A stretch of DNA of 64,000 bases from Candidatus Methylomirabilota bacterium. Its GTDB lineage: Bacteria > Methylomirabilota > Methylomirabilia > Rokubacteriales > CSP1-6. Of this stretch, positions 31,307-40,457 are shown piece by piece. The position numbers and the translations under genes are program-made. The stretch covers positions 695 through 64,694 of the forward strand of contig DASRHC010000011.1 of assembly GCA_035650715.1 (NCBI GenBank), read 5' to 3'. The notes below the pieces were generated by a model. It was not told the origin of the DNA. It worked only from the letters and a program-made list of their open reading frames with translations, and made no database searches. Numbering within the stretch: position 1 is the first letter of the stretch; every line of letters begins with the position of its first letter.

Positions 31307-31927
31307 CTACCGCGCCAGGCGCTCCAGGAGGGCTGCGGGCTCGGTCGGCGCCGCCCCGAGGCCGACCTGCTGGTGGCGAACCACCCCATCCCGGTCCAGG
31401 ATCGTGATGACGTTGGAGTGGTCGAAGTCGCCGTCGGCCTTCTGCTTGTAGCGGACCCCGAGCGTCATGGCGAGCTCGCGCACGGCGGCGCGGCCGCCGT
31501 GGAAGAGCCGCCAGCGCGCCGGCTCGAGCTCGTGGGCCGCCGCGAACTTCTTCAAGACCGCCGGCCGATCACGCTCGGTATCGAAGGAGGCGAGGACGAA
31601 CCACACCCGTTCCCGGGCCTGCGGCGACAGTGTCGATTCGATGAGCTGCAGATTCGCGAGGATGAGGGGGCACGCGGTGGTGCAGTGCGTGTACACCATC
31701 GCGAGCGCGACCGGCCGGCCCCGGAGCGAGCGCAGCCGCACGCGCGTTCCGTCCATGTCGGTCCACTCGCTGCCCGACTGGTAGATCGACGAGCCCGAGA
31801 GCGGAGCCGGCCGGTCGACGTCCAGGGACCGGTGGTCGCCGTGACTGTGCGGCGGCTCGTCCTTCGCCCGGGCGGCCCCGGGAAGGACCGCGAGCGCCAT
31901 CGCGAGGACCAGCGTCATCCGGGTCAT
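31307..31927 (-). CDS. SCO1/SenC family copper chaperone (thioredoxin-like, CxxxC)
   Basis: Signal peptide [21 protein letters not shown]. ...VYTHCTTACPLILANL (CxxxCP) and downstream His are the Sco1 signature. Confidence 0.8.
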   Translation of the reverse strand: MTRMTLVLAMALAVLPGAARAKDEPPHSHGDHRSLDVDRPAPLSGSSIYQSGSEWTDMDGTRVRLRSLRGRPVALAMVYTHCTTACPLILANLQLIESTLSPQARERVWFVLASFDTERDRPAVLKKFAAAHELEPARWRLFHGGRAAVRELAMTLGVRYKQKADGDFDHSNVITILDRDGVVRHQQVGLGAAPTEPAALLERLAR

Positions 31928-32739
31928 GGCCGGTCGGGCTCGGCGGCGCAGCGGAATCCGAGGCGGCTGGTGGTGTAGCTGGCCCTCAAGCTGTTCCGCA
32001 GGGCGTAGCGCATGAAGGTGGCGTAGTCGCTCGGATCGACCGCGCCCAGGCTGCCCGAGCCGCAGAACAGCGGGTCGTCCTTTCCGCCGGGATCGCGGCT
32101 GTCCGTGCTGATGAGGGTGCTGTTGAAGTCGAGCGTCCACTCCCAGATCAACCCGTGCAGATCGTAGACGCCGTAGGCGTTCGGCGCTCCGCGGCCGACC
32201 ACGCCGAGCGGCTCGGTCGCGGGCTGGCTGTACCAGCGGAGGATGCGATCGCGCGTGGCCGCCGTGTCCTTCCCGTCGCCGGCCGCGGCGCGCTCCCACT
32301 GGTCCACGGTGGGCAGCTCCTTGCCCCGCCACTGGCAGTAGGCGTTCGCCGCGAACCAGGACACGCGGGTGACCGGCGCGTCCGGCGGCACCCGCGCTCC
32401 CGCATCGAAGTCCGACGCCCAGTCCTCGAGGTAGTGGGCGTCGGCCAGCACCGCCGCGACGCGCGACCGCGACCACTCCGGCCGGCGGCGCAGGAACTCG
32501 GCGAACTGGCGGCGCGTCACCGGCCGCCGGTCGATGAGGAAGGCCGGCACGTCGGCCGATGCGCCGCGGTCGGCGCCCGCGGCCGGGACGCCCGATCCCC
32601 CGGGGACGAAGAACGCGGCCGGCGGCCCGGCCGGCACCAGGGCCATGTCCTCCGGGGCCGCCGCGCCGCCGGCGGCGGTGCCGCTGGCCAGGGCGATGGC
32701 CGCGGCGGTCACCGCGATCAGCGCGCCGGCGGTCTTCAT
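31924..32739 (-). CDS. nirV: formylglycine-generating-enzyme family protein (NirV-like accessory protein of NirK)
   Basis: ...[28 protein letters not shown]...[16 protein letters not shown]... has the FGE-sulfatase fold. Its 4-nt ATGA overlap with sco1 and position downstream of nirK match the nirK-nirV arrangement. Confidence 0.75.
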   Translation of the reverse strand: MKTAGALIAVTAAAIALASGTAAGGAAAPEDMALVPAGPPAAFFVPGGSGVPAAGADRGASADVPAFLIDRRPVTRRQFAEFLRRRPEWSRSRVAAVLADAHYLEDWASDFDAGARVPPDAPVTRVSWFAANAYCQWRGKELPTVDQWERAAAGDGKDTAATRDRILRWYSQPATEPLGVVGRGAPNAYGVYDLHGLIWEWTLDFNSTLISTDSRDPGGKDDPLFCGSGSLGAVDPSDYATFMRYALRNSLRASYTTSRLGFRCAAEPDRP

Positions 32740-34190
32740 TCCGACGCCTTCGCGCTGCCCTTGGCGCGATGGGTCTTCACCTCCTGCGCCGACACCTCCT
32801 TGCCGGAGTTCCCCCAGCTGCCGTAGACGTAGGTGAGCACCGCGGCGACGTCCTCGTCGGAGAGAGTCCACGCGGGCATGACCCCGTTGTACTTCTCGCC
32901 GTTCACGGTGACCGATCCCTGCAGCCCGCCGGTCACGGTCCGGATCGCGCGCACCTTGTCCGCGTTCAGGTAGTCGCTGCGGGCCAGCGGCGGGAACGCC
33001 TTGGGAATCCCTTGCCCGTTCGCCTGGTGGCAGGCCGCGCAGTTGGTGGTGTACACCGACCTTCCGCGGTCGAGCAGCTGCTTCCTCGTCAAGGCCGGCC
33101 GCGCGGGCTGCGGCGGCAGGTCGGTCACCCGGATCCGGCTGCCCTCCGGCTGGTACACCTCGTCGCTGATCTTCCCCGAGTACACGATCTTGTTGTCGCC
33201 GCCCTCCACCTTGAGCATGCCGAGCGCGCCCTTGTTGAACGCCCGCGTGAGCGAGTGGTCGACGAGGATGTAGGTGCCCGGCACCTCGACCTTGAAGTCG
33301 ATGATCGCCGCGCCGCCGGCGGGCACCATGGTGGTCTGCACGTTGTGGGAGACCACCGACGTGTTCCCTTCGGGCCACACCCGGTCGAAGATCTCGCCGA
33401 TCACGTGGAACGAGGACGTCAGGTTCGGCCCGCCGACGCCGAAGTAGAGGCGGACGGTCTCGCCGATCCTGGCCTGGAGCGCCTTGTCTCCGGCGATGGC
33501 TCCGACCGCGCCGTTGAAGACCACGTATTCCGGCCGCTCGTCGATGGCCTTGAGCATGCTGAACGGCTGCAGCCCGGGCTGACCGTTGGGTCCCTTCGTG
33601 TAGAGATCGCCCTGCATGACGTAGTACTCGCGGTCCACCTTGGGCAGGCCGTCCCTGGGCTCGACCAGGATCAGGCCGTACATGCCGTTGGCCACGTGCA
33701 TGGCCACCGGAGCGGTGGCGCAATGATAGACGTACAGCCCGGGATTCAAGGCCTTGAACGAGAACACCGAGCTGTGTCCGGGGGCGGAGAGCGACGAGGC
33801 CGCCCCCCCGCCCGGGCCGGTGACCGCATGCAGGTCGATGTTGTGCGGCATCTTGTTGTCGGGGTGGTTGTCGAGGTGGAACTCGACCAGGTCCCCCTCG
33901 CGGATTCGGATGAACTTGCCCGGGACCTTCCCGCCGAACGTCCAGAAGGAGTACCGGACGCCCTCGGCGACGGTCATCTCGGTCTCCACGACCTCCAGGC
34001 GCACGACGACCTTGGTGGCGTGCTTCCGCGTGATCGGCGGCGGCACCGTCGGCGCGTCGGTCAGCACCGCGCGCTCCTCGCCCTCCGTCGGCTCCACCGC
34101 GTTCTGGTCCGGGGCCGCCGTCGCGACGGTGGCGAACGACAGCATCAGCGCGGTAATCCACATCGGCAGGGTCCGGCGATGTCCAGGCAT
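32736..34190 (-). CDS. nirK: copper-containing nitrite reductase with C-terminal cytochrome c domain
   Basis: Two cupredoxin domains with type-1/type-2 Cu ligands (...[13 protein letters not shown]..., ...[20 protein letters not shown]...), plus a C-terminal CAACH heme-binding site. Confidence 0.9.
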   Translation of the reverse strand: MPGHRRTLPMWITALMLSFATVATAAPDQNAVEPTEGEERAVLTDAPTVPPPITRKHATKVVVRLEVVETEMTVAEGVRYSFWTFGGKVPGKFIRIREGDLVEFHLDNHPDNKMPHNIDLHAVTGPGGGAASSLSAPGHSSVFSFKALNPGLYVYHCATAPVAMHVANGMYGLILVEPRDGLPKVDREYYVMQGDLYTKGPNGQPGLQPFSMLKAIDERPEYVVFNGAVGAIAGDKALQARIGETVRLYFGVGGPNLTSSFHVIGEIFDRVWPEGNTSVVSHNVQTTMVPAGGAAIIDFKVEVPGTYILVDHSLTRAFNKGALGMLKVEGGDNKIVYSGKISDEVYQPEGSRIRVTDLPPQPARPALTRKQLLDRGRSVYTTNCAACHQANGQGIPKAFPPLARSDYLNADKVRAIRTVTGGLQGSVTVNGEKYNGVMPAWTLSDEDVAAVLTYVYGSWGNSGKEVSAQEVKTHRAKGSAKASE

Positions 34191-34307
34191 GGCCGCCCCA
34201 TCCTCCTCGTTGAAGACGTGTGAGCTCTGCCCGACCTTAGCTGGCTCGGCCGCCGGCCCGTTATGGCGCCCGTCATATCCGGCCCTTGGGCCATCAAGAG
34301 GGGGCGA

Positions 34308-34480
34308 TGATACCGGCTCGACGCAACGTCATGGCCGAGTAGCGGGCCGCCGTCCGGGGGCACGACGCGCACGCGCTGGCGCCGGACGCGGTGGACTGGA
34401 TGTATCGCTCCGCCGAGAGCGTCATCTATCCCTCGCGGGACACGACCCGCCGCCCCGAGGGCGGAGACCGCCGGGCCCGA
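34308..34480 (+). pseudogene. 3' fragment of a class II aldolase gene (duplicate of 26066-26232)
   Basis: VMAE*RAAVRGHDAHALAPDAVDWMYRSAESVIYPSRDTTRRPEGGDRRA matches VVAEQLAAVRGHDVHVLAADAVDWMYRYAESVIYPSRDATRRPEGGDRRA of the intact gene (about 85% nt identity over about 170 nt). It has an internal stop and no upstream body. Confidence 0.7.
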
Positions 34481-34498
34481 CGCACGGGGCCGCCGCGC

Positions 34499-35407
34499 TC
34501 AGAGGGTGCGCAGCTTGGGGTCGAGGGCGTCCCGCAGGGAGTCGCCGAAGAGATTGAAGGCGAACACGGCCAGGCTGATGGCCAGGCCCGGGAAGATGGG
34601 GATCCAGGGCGCGCTCTCCGCGTACTCGGCGGCGCCGCCCTGGAGCATGAGGCCCCAGGCCGGGGTGGGCTCCTGCACGCCGAGCCCCAGGTAGGAGAGC
34701 GACGCCTCCAGCAGGATGGCCTGGCCCAGGAAGGCGGTGAGGACGATCAGGTACGGGGGGATGACGTTCGGCACCATGTGCCGCAGGATGATGCGCACGT
34801 GGCCGTACCCGCAGGCCCGCGCGGCGTCCACGTAGGGGCTCTCCCGGACCGAGAGCGCGGTGGCGCGGCAGACGCGGGCCGCGCGGGGCACCATCGGCAC
34901 CAGGATGGCGAGAATGACCTTGAAGGTGCCGGTGCCGAGGATGGCGACCACCGCCAGCGCCAGCACGATCAGGGGAAACGACAGGAAGACGTCCAGGATC
35001 CGCTGCACGATCATGTCGATCCGGCCGCCGAAGTAGCCGCTGGCGGTGCCGATGATCAGGCCCGCGGTCGCGCCGACCACGGAGGCTCCGAAGCCCACGA
35101 GCAGGGCGGTCCGCGACCCGAAGATGATGCGCGAGAGCACGTCGCGCCCGAACGAGTCCGTCCCGAGCCAGTGCCGCGCGTCGGGCGGCGCGAACATCGC
35201 GCCGTAGTCGGTCGCCAGCGGATCGTAGGGCGCGACCACCGGGGCGAGGACCGCGGTCAGCACCATGACGATCACCACCGCGACGCCCGCGAACCCGAGC
35301 GGCTTCCGGCGCGCGAAGCGCCACATCGCGGCCAGCGCGCGCCGGGCGGGTCCGTGCGCGAGCGCCGCCTCCTCGACGTCCAGCGCGGGCAGGGCCACGT
35401 CCGCCAT
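34499..35407 (-). CDS. dppC: peptide/nickel ABC transporter permease (DppC/OppC-like)
   Basis: ...PYDPLATDY...HWLGTDSFGRDVLSRII...PYVDAARACGYGHVRII are the OppC N-terminal and EAA motifs. Confidence 0.8.
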   Translation of the reverse strand: MADVALPALDVEEAALAHGPARRALAAMWRFARRKPLGFAGVAVVIVMVLTAVLAPVVAPYDPLATDYGAMFAPPDARHWLGTDSFGRDVLSRIIFGSRTALLVGFGASVVGATAGLIIGTASGYFGGRIDMIVQRILDVFLSFPLIVLALAVVAILGTGTFKVILAILVPMVPRAARVCRATALSVRESPYVDAARACGYGHVRIILRHMVPNVIPPYLIVLTAFLGQAILLEASLSYLGLGVQEPTPAWGLMLQGGAAEYAESAPWIPIFPGLAISLAVFAFNLFGDSLRDALDPKLRTL

Positions 35408-36360
35408 CAGCGGTACCGGATGCGCGGGTCGAGCCAGGCGTAGAGCAGGTCGACCACGAAGTTGGACAGGATGAACACGAAGGCCACCAGCAGCACGAGC
35501 CCCTGGACCATCGTGTAATCGTACTGGGTGACCGCGTCGACGAAGAGCTTGCCGAGGCCGTTCAGGTTGAACACCTGCTCGGTGACCACGAGCCCCCCGA
35601 TGAGGAACGCGAACTCGAGCCCGATGACCGTCACCACCGGGAGCATCGCGTTCTTGAGCGCGTGGCGGGTGAGGATCAGCTTGCGCCGGATGCCCTTGGC
35701 CCGCGCGGTGCGGATGTAGTCCTCGCGCAGCACCTCGAGCACCGCGGAGCGCGTCATGCGCGTGGCCACCGCCGAGTAGCGGTACCCGGTGGCGAGGGCC
35801 GGCCAGATGAGCTGGGAGAGGTTCCCCCAGGGATCCACCCAGAACGGCACGTACACCATCGGCGGAGTCCAGTGGAACGCGATCAGGAAGCCGAGGAGGA
35901 TGAGGATGCCGAGCCAGAAGGAGGGCATGGCGAGCCCCGCGATGGAGAAGACGCGCACCGCGTAGTCGGGCCATCGATCCTGGTAGAGCGCCGCGATGGT
36001 CCCGAGGGGCAGGGCGAGCGCGATCGCGATGAGGGTCGCCATGATGGCGATCTGCAGCGAGAGCTGGAACCGGATCCCGATCTCGTAGGTGACCGGCCGG
36101 CCCGTCCACATGGAGAGGCCCAGGTCCAGCCGGGTCAGGCCCTTCATCCAGTCCACGAACTGGCGTCCGATCGACCGGTCCAGGCCGAGGCGCTGGCGCT
36201 CCTGCTGCATCGCCTCCTCGCTGACGAACCCGCCCTCCCCGGCCATCCGGAGCTGCACGATGTCACCGGGCAGCAGCCGGATGAGCACGAAGATGAACAG
36301 CGCGACCCCGAAGAGGGTGGGGAACATCATCAGGAACCGCCTCACCAGATAGCGGCGCAT
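35407..36360 (-). CDS. dppB: peptide/nickel ABC transporter permease (DppB/OppB-like)
   Basis: MRRYLVRRFLMMFPTLFGVALFIFVLIRLLPGD...EDYIRTARAKGIRRKLILTRHALKNA is the EAA loop. The stop overlaps the dppC ATG. Confidence 0.8.
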   Translation of the reverse strand: MRRYLVRRFLMMFPTLFGVALFIFVLIRLLPGDIVQLRMAGEGGFVSEEAMQQERQRLGLDRSIGRQFVDWMKGLTRLDLGLSMWTGRPVTYEIGIRFQLSLQIAIMATLIAIALALPLGTIAALYQDRWPDYAVRVFSIAGLAMPSFWLGILILLGFLIAFHWTPPMVYVPFWVDPWGNLSQLIWPALATGYRYSAVATRMTRSAVLEVLREDYIRTARAKGIRRKLILTRHALKNAMLPVVTVIGLEFAFLIGGLVVTEQVFNLNGLGKLFVDAVTQYDYTMVQGLVLLVAFVFILSNFVVDLLYAWLDPRIRYR

Positions 36361-36384
36361 AGAAAACGACGCGGGCCCACCGGC

Positions 36385-38001
36385 CTACTCCGGCGCGAGC
36401 CACACGTTGGCCAGGTCCTGGTTCAGGTAGTGGCTCGGGCTGATCTTCCAGCCGTGGAGCCGGGCGTTGTAGGGGACGATCCGGTTCCACCAGAGCGTCA
36501 TGATGTAGTGGGCCTGCTCGTCGAGGACCCGCTTCTCGAACCGCCGCAGATCGCTCTTCAGCTTGCCCTGGTCGGTCTCGTGGACGATCTCGTCGTACAG
36601 GCCGTCCAGCGTGCGGTCCTGGTACTGGGCGTAGTTGGAGGCGGAGCGGTCGTTGGAGAGGAACTTCGAGATGTCGAGCACGGGATTCACGACCGCCTGG
36701 CAGTTGAAGTCCATGGTCACCTGGAAGTTGCCGTTCCGCAGGGTCGCGAAGAAGGGCGCGGTCGGCTCCACCCAGTGCTCGACGTTGAGGCCGATCTGCC
36801 GCCACTGGTCGATGAGCCAGATGCCGACCGCCTTGTAGGGCTGCTCGACCGCCCGGTTGTGCAGCTTGAAGGAGAAGCCGTCGGGCACGCCGGCCTCCCG
36901 GAGGAGGCGGCGGGCCTCGGTGCGGGCGGCCTTGATGTCGGTGCCGTAGCCCGCGATGGTCTGCAGCTCGGCCTGGGACGCGGCCAGGGGTGAGCCCGGG
37001 AACACGAGCCCGCCGACCGTCTTGACGATGGCGACCCTGGAGAGCGCCTTCGATCCCTCCCAGCGATCGAGGGCCAGCGACAGGGCCCGACGCACGCGCG
37101 GATCGTCGAAGGGCTTGGCCTTGTGGTTGGGGGCCAGGTAGAGGCCGCAGTTCCACGGGCTCTCCTGGACGGCGAGCTTGTCCCCCATCGCGGCCCGGAG
37201 GTCCTCCACCGCCTTGGGCGGGAAGGCCCGGAAGTTGATCATGGCCCGGCCGCCCCGGATGGCGGCCAGCTGCGGCGCCTCCTGCTTGATGAAGATGGCG
37301 CGGAAGCCGTCCAGGTACGGCAGGCCCGGCATGAAGTAGTCGGGGTTGCGGACTCCCGAGACGTGGGAGCCGGCCACGTACTCCTTGAACTTGAACGGGC
37401 CGCTGCCCATCACGTGCGTCTCGTACCAGTGGATGTCGCGGGCCAGGATGTCGGCCTCGTAGATCCAGTTGTAGGGGTTGGCCAGCGCGGGAATGAACGC
37501 CTCGGTGGCGAACTTCAGCCGGAAGACCACGGTGGTGGGGTCGGGCGCCTCCACGCTCTTGACCATGAAGAACATGGCCTTGCGATCGCTCACCACGCCT
37601 TCGGGCGGGAAGATGATCTTGTCGAAGCTCGCCTTCACGTCCCGCGAGGTGAGCGGGTTGCCGTCGTGGAACTTCACGTTCTTGCGGAGCTTGAACGTGT
37701 ACGTGAGACCGTCGGCGCTCTTGGTCCAGCTCTCGGCCACGTCGCCCACGAAGGCGGTCGGGTCCGACGGGTTCTTCGGGTCCACCTTGATCAGCAGGCT
37801 GTAGAAGGGACGCAGGGGATGGATGACCGCGTAGGTCTCCTCCCGGTGGGCGTCCATGCTCGGAAAGCCCGCGGCGGGCACGACGAAGTCGAGCTCGCCC
37901 CCGCGCACCGGCGTCTCCTCCGCGGGCGCCCGCACGGGCAGGGCGAGGAGCAGGGCCACCAGCAGGACGGACACTCTCGTGACGGTAGACGTCGGGACCA
38001 T
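36385..38001 (-). CDS. ABC transporter substrate-binding protein, family 5 (peptide/nickel)
   Basis: Signal peptide MVPTSTVTRVSVLLVALLLALPVRAPA, SBP_bac_5 fold (...TFKLRKNVKFHDGNPLTSRDV...). GAGGAGG RBS. Confidence 0.8.
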   Translation of the reverse strand: MVPTSTVTRVSVLLVALLLALPVRAPAEETPVRGGELDFVVPAAGFPSMDAHREETYAVIHPLRPFYSLLIKVDPKNPSDPTAFVGDVAESWTKSADGLTYTFKLRKNVKFHDGNPLTSRDVKASFDKIIFPPEGVVSDRKAMFFMVKSVEAPDPTTVVFRLKFATEAFIPALANPYNWIYEADILARDIHWYETHVMGSGPFKFKEYVAGSHVSGVRNPDYFMPGLPYLDGFRAIFIKQEAPQLAAIRGGRAMINFRAFPPKAVEDLRAAMGDKLAVQESPWNCGLYLAPNHKAKPFDDPRVRRALSLALDRWEGSKALSRVAIVKTVGGLVFPGSPLAASQAELQTIAGYGTDIKAARTEARRLLREAGVPDGFSFKLHNRAVEQPYKAVGIWLIDQWRQIGLNVEHWVEPTAPFFATLRNGNFQVTMDFNCQAVVNPVLDISKFLSNDRSASNYAQYQDRTLDGLYDEIVHETDQGKLKSDLRRFEKRVLDEQAHYIMTLWWNRIVPYNARLHGWKISPSHYLNQDLANVWLAPE

Positions 38002-38210
38002 CTCGTGCCTCCTCGATCGACTCGGCGGCCGCTCCCGCACCGCCACCAGGACGTGTGCTCCACCATGTCCCACCCGAAGGTGAGAGGAGCGTGAGAGGAA
38101 CGTGAGAACCGCGTGAGAAGCACGCGGCAGCCGTGGTAGGTTGCGCAGGAGGCGGGGACCGGTTCCGGCCGGGTTGGCCCCCGCGAGAACGACGGAGGGC
38201 GAGCCCGACC

Positions 38211-39527
38211 ATGACCAAGATGCACCTGATGTGGTTCTGCGCGTTCAATCCCCACGCGGGGTTCGGCCTGGACGGCTGGGCGGGGCCCCGGACCGGCGGC
38301 TACGAGTGGACCCGGCCGGAGCTGTGGCAGGACATGGCGGCGGCGCTCGAGCGCGCCAGGTTCGACCTGATCATGCTGGGAGACAGCCTCGCGGTGCCGG
38401 GCACCTACCAGGGGCGAATGGACGCCTATCTGCGCTACGCCGAGCACGTGCCGTTCCACGATCCCGGCCCCCTGATCGCGGTCATGGCCGCGGCCACCCG
38501 GCGCATCGGCCTCGCGGCCACGCTGTCGACCACGTTCTACCCGCCCTACCTGCTCGCCCGCCTCATGACGACGCTCGACCACCTGAGCCGCGGGCGCGCG
38601 GCCTGGAACGTGGTGACCTCCTACAAGGTGGAGGAGGCGCTCAATTTCGGCTACACGGAGCTGCTCGACCACGACCAGCGCTACGACCGGGCCGACGAGT
38701 ACATGGAGCTGTGCTACCGGCTCTGGTCGAGCTGGGATCCCGACGCGGTGGTCATGGATCAGCGCACCGACACCTTCGCCGATCCCGCGAAGGTGCACCC
38801 CATCGACTTCGAGGGCGCGTACTACCGCTCGCGCGGGCCGCTCAACGCGACGCCGTCGCCGCAGGGCCGGCCGGTCATCATCCAGGCCGGCGCTTCCGAC
38901 CGTGGTCAGGACTTCGCGGCCCGCCACGCCGAGGCGGTCATCGTCTCGCGGGAGACGGTGGACGAGATGAAGCAGTACTACGACGCGTTCAAGGCCCGGG
39001 TGGCCCGGCAGGGCCGCGATCCCGACGAGTGCAAGGTGTTCTTCCTGAGCAAGCCCATCATCGGCGACACCGACGAGGAGGCCCGGCAACGCGCCGACGA
39101 GCTGTACGCCAACGCGCCGGTGGAGGCGGGGCTCGCGTCGCTCTCGACGATGATGCAGATCGATCTGTCCGCCTACGACCTGGACAGGCCGCTCCCCGAT
39201 GCCATCCAGACCCGCGCCATCCAGGGCATCCGCAGCCAGCTGGACCGCTTCTACATGTCCGGGCGCACCCCGACGCTGCGGGACATCGCCACCCGCAAGG
39301 TGAGCATCGACTCCAAGCCGTACATCGGCACCCCGGAGCGCGTCGCCGACGAGCTGGCGCGGACGATCGACGCGGTGGGCGGCGACGGCTTCGCCATCCG
39401 GCAGGGCATCTGGCCGGGCTACGTCCTGCCCTTCGTGGACAAGGTCATCCCGCTGCTCCAGCAGCGGGGCGCGGTGCGCACCGAGTACAAGGGCACGACC
39501 CTCCGGGAGCACCTGCGGGAGTTCTAG
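38211..39527 (+). CDS. LLM-class flavin-dependent monooxygenase (NtaA/SnaA/DszA subfamily)
   Basis: MTKMHLMWFCAFNPHAGF...WTRPELWQDMAAALERARFDLIMLGDSL... is the long (about 440 aa) luciferase-like monooxygenase of the NtaA type. Confidence 0.8.
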   Translation: MTKMHLMWFCAFNPHAGFGLDGWAGPRTGGYEWTRPELWQDMAAALERARFDLIMLGDSLAVPGTYQGRMDAYLRYAEHVPFHDPGPLIAVMAAATRRIGLAATLSTTFYPPYLLARLMTTLDHLSRGRAAWNVVTSYKVEEALNFGYTELLDHDQRYDRADEYMELCYRLWSSWDPDAVVMDQRTDTFADPAKVHPIDFEGAYYRSRGPLNATPSPQGRPVIIQAGASDRGQDFAARHAEAVIVSRETVDEMKQYYDAFKARVARQGRDPDECKVFFLSKPIIGDTDEEARQRADELYANAPVEAGLASLSTMMQIDLSAYDLDRPLPDAIQTRAIQGIRSQLDRFYMSGRTPTLRDIATRKVSIDSKPYIGTPERVADELARTIDAVGGDGFAIRQGIWPGYVLPFVDKVIPLLQQRGAVRTEYKGTTLREHLREF

Positions 39528-39539
39528 GCGGTCGGGACG

Positions 39540-40457
39540 CTACCGCCGGCGCTGCGACGCCGCGATCGCGGCGATGGCGTTGCAGGCGAGCCGGGCCGCG
39601 GTCAGCGCGCTGAGCCCGGTGGCGTCGCGCGAGGGCATGAGCTCGACGAGGTCGCATCCCACGATGCGGCACCTCGCGGCGAGCCCCGCGAACAGCTCCA
39701 GCACCTGCCAGTAGAGCAGTCCGCCCGGCACCGGGGCGGCCACCGCCGGGATGACCGACGGGTCCAGGCCGTCGAGGTCCACCGTCACCAGGCAGGCGGC
39801 GCCGGGCTCCACCAGGTCCAGGACGGGCGCGATGCCGTGCCGGTGCACCTCCGCGGCGGTCACGAGCCGCGATCCCCATGCGCGCGCGTCCGCGACCTCT
39901 TCGGCGCGGGCGCTGCCGACCCCGCGGAGGCCCACCTGGACCATGCCGCGGATCCACGCCATCTCGGACGCGCGGCGCATCGGGCTGCTCCAGCCGAATC
40001 GCTCGCCCCGGACCTCGTCGCGCCAGTCGAGATGCGCGTCGATCTGCACCACGGTCAGCGGCCCGTGGCCCTCGAAGGCCCGGAACATCGGGATCGGCAC
40101 GGAGTCGTCGCCGCCCAGCACCACCGGGATCGCGCCGGCGTCGAGCACCGCGCGCACGGCGGCGGTGATCGCCTCGCGGTTGCCCGCCGGATCCGCGGGA
40201 TCGCCCGGCACGTCGCCGCAATCGACCGCCACGTCCGGCCGCAACCCGCCGAGGTCGAAGTCGTAGTGGTCGGGCAGCCGGTTGTATCCGGTGAGGGCGG
40301 CGCGGAGCGCCGCGGGCGCGCCGGCGGAGTGGCTCGGCTTGCCCTTGTCGTAGGGCGTGGCGTGCTCGACGCCCAGCACCGCGATCTGGCCGGGGCGGGG
40401 CTGGGCGGCGCCCGGCAGTCCCGCGAACGTCACCGGCGGCCCGCTCGCGGGGGTCAC
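39540..40457 (-). CDS. arginase-family ureohydrolase (agmatinase/guanidino-acid hydrolase-like)
   Basis: ...AVLGVEHATPYDKG..., VVLGGDDSVPIPMF, QIDAHLDW, TVDLDGLDP are the Mn-binding Asp/His motifs of the arginase fold. GTG start overlaps the stop of the upstream M20 gene. Confidence 0.75.
   Translation of the reverse strand: MTPASGPPVTFAGLPGAAQPRPGQIAVLGVEHATPYDKGKPSHSAGAPAALRAALTGYNRLPDHYDFDLGGLRPDVAVDCGDVPGDPADPAGNREAITAAVRAVLDAGAIPVVLGGDDSVPIPMFRAFEGHGPLTVVQIDAHLDWRDEVRGERFGWSSPMRRASEMAWIRGMVQVGLRGVGSARAEEVADARAWGSRLVTAAEVHRHGIAPVLDLVEPGAACLVTVDLDGLDPSVIPAVAAPVPGGLLYWQVLELFAGLAARCRIVGCDLVELMPSRDATGLSALTAARLACNAIAAIAASQRRR

Noticed and set aside
34190-34310. Possible FNR/NnrR-type box (TTGggccATCAAg) upstream of nirK.
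   Set aside because: Only one half-site matches TTGAT-N4-ATCAA. Not convincing by eye.
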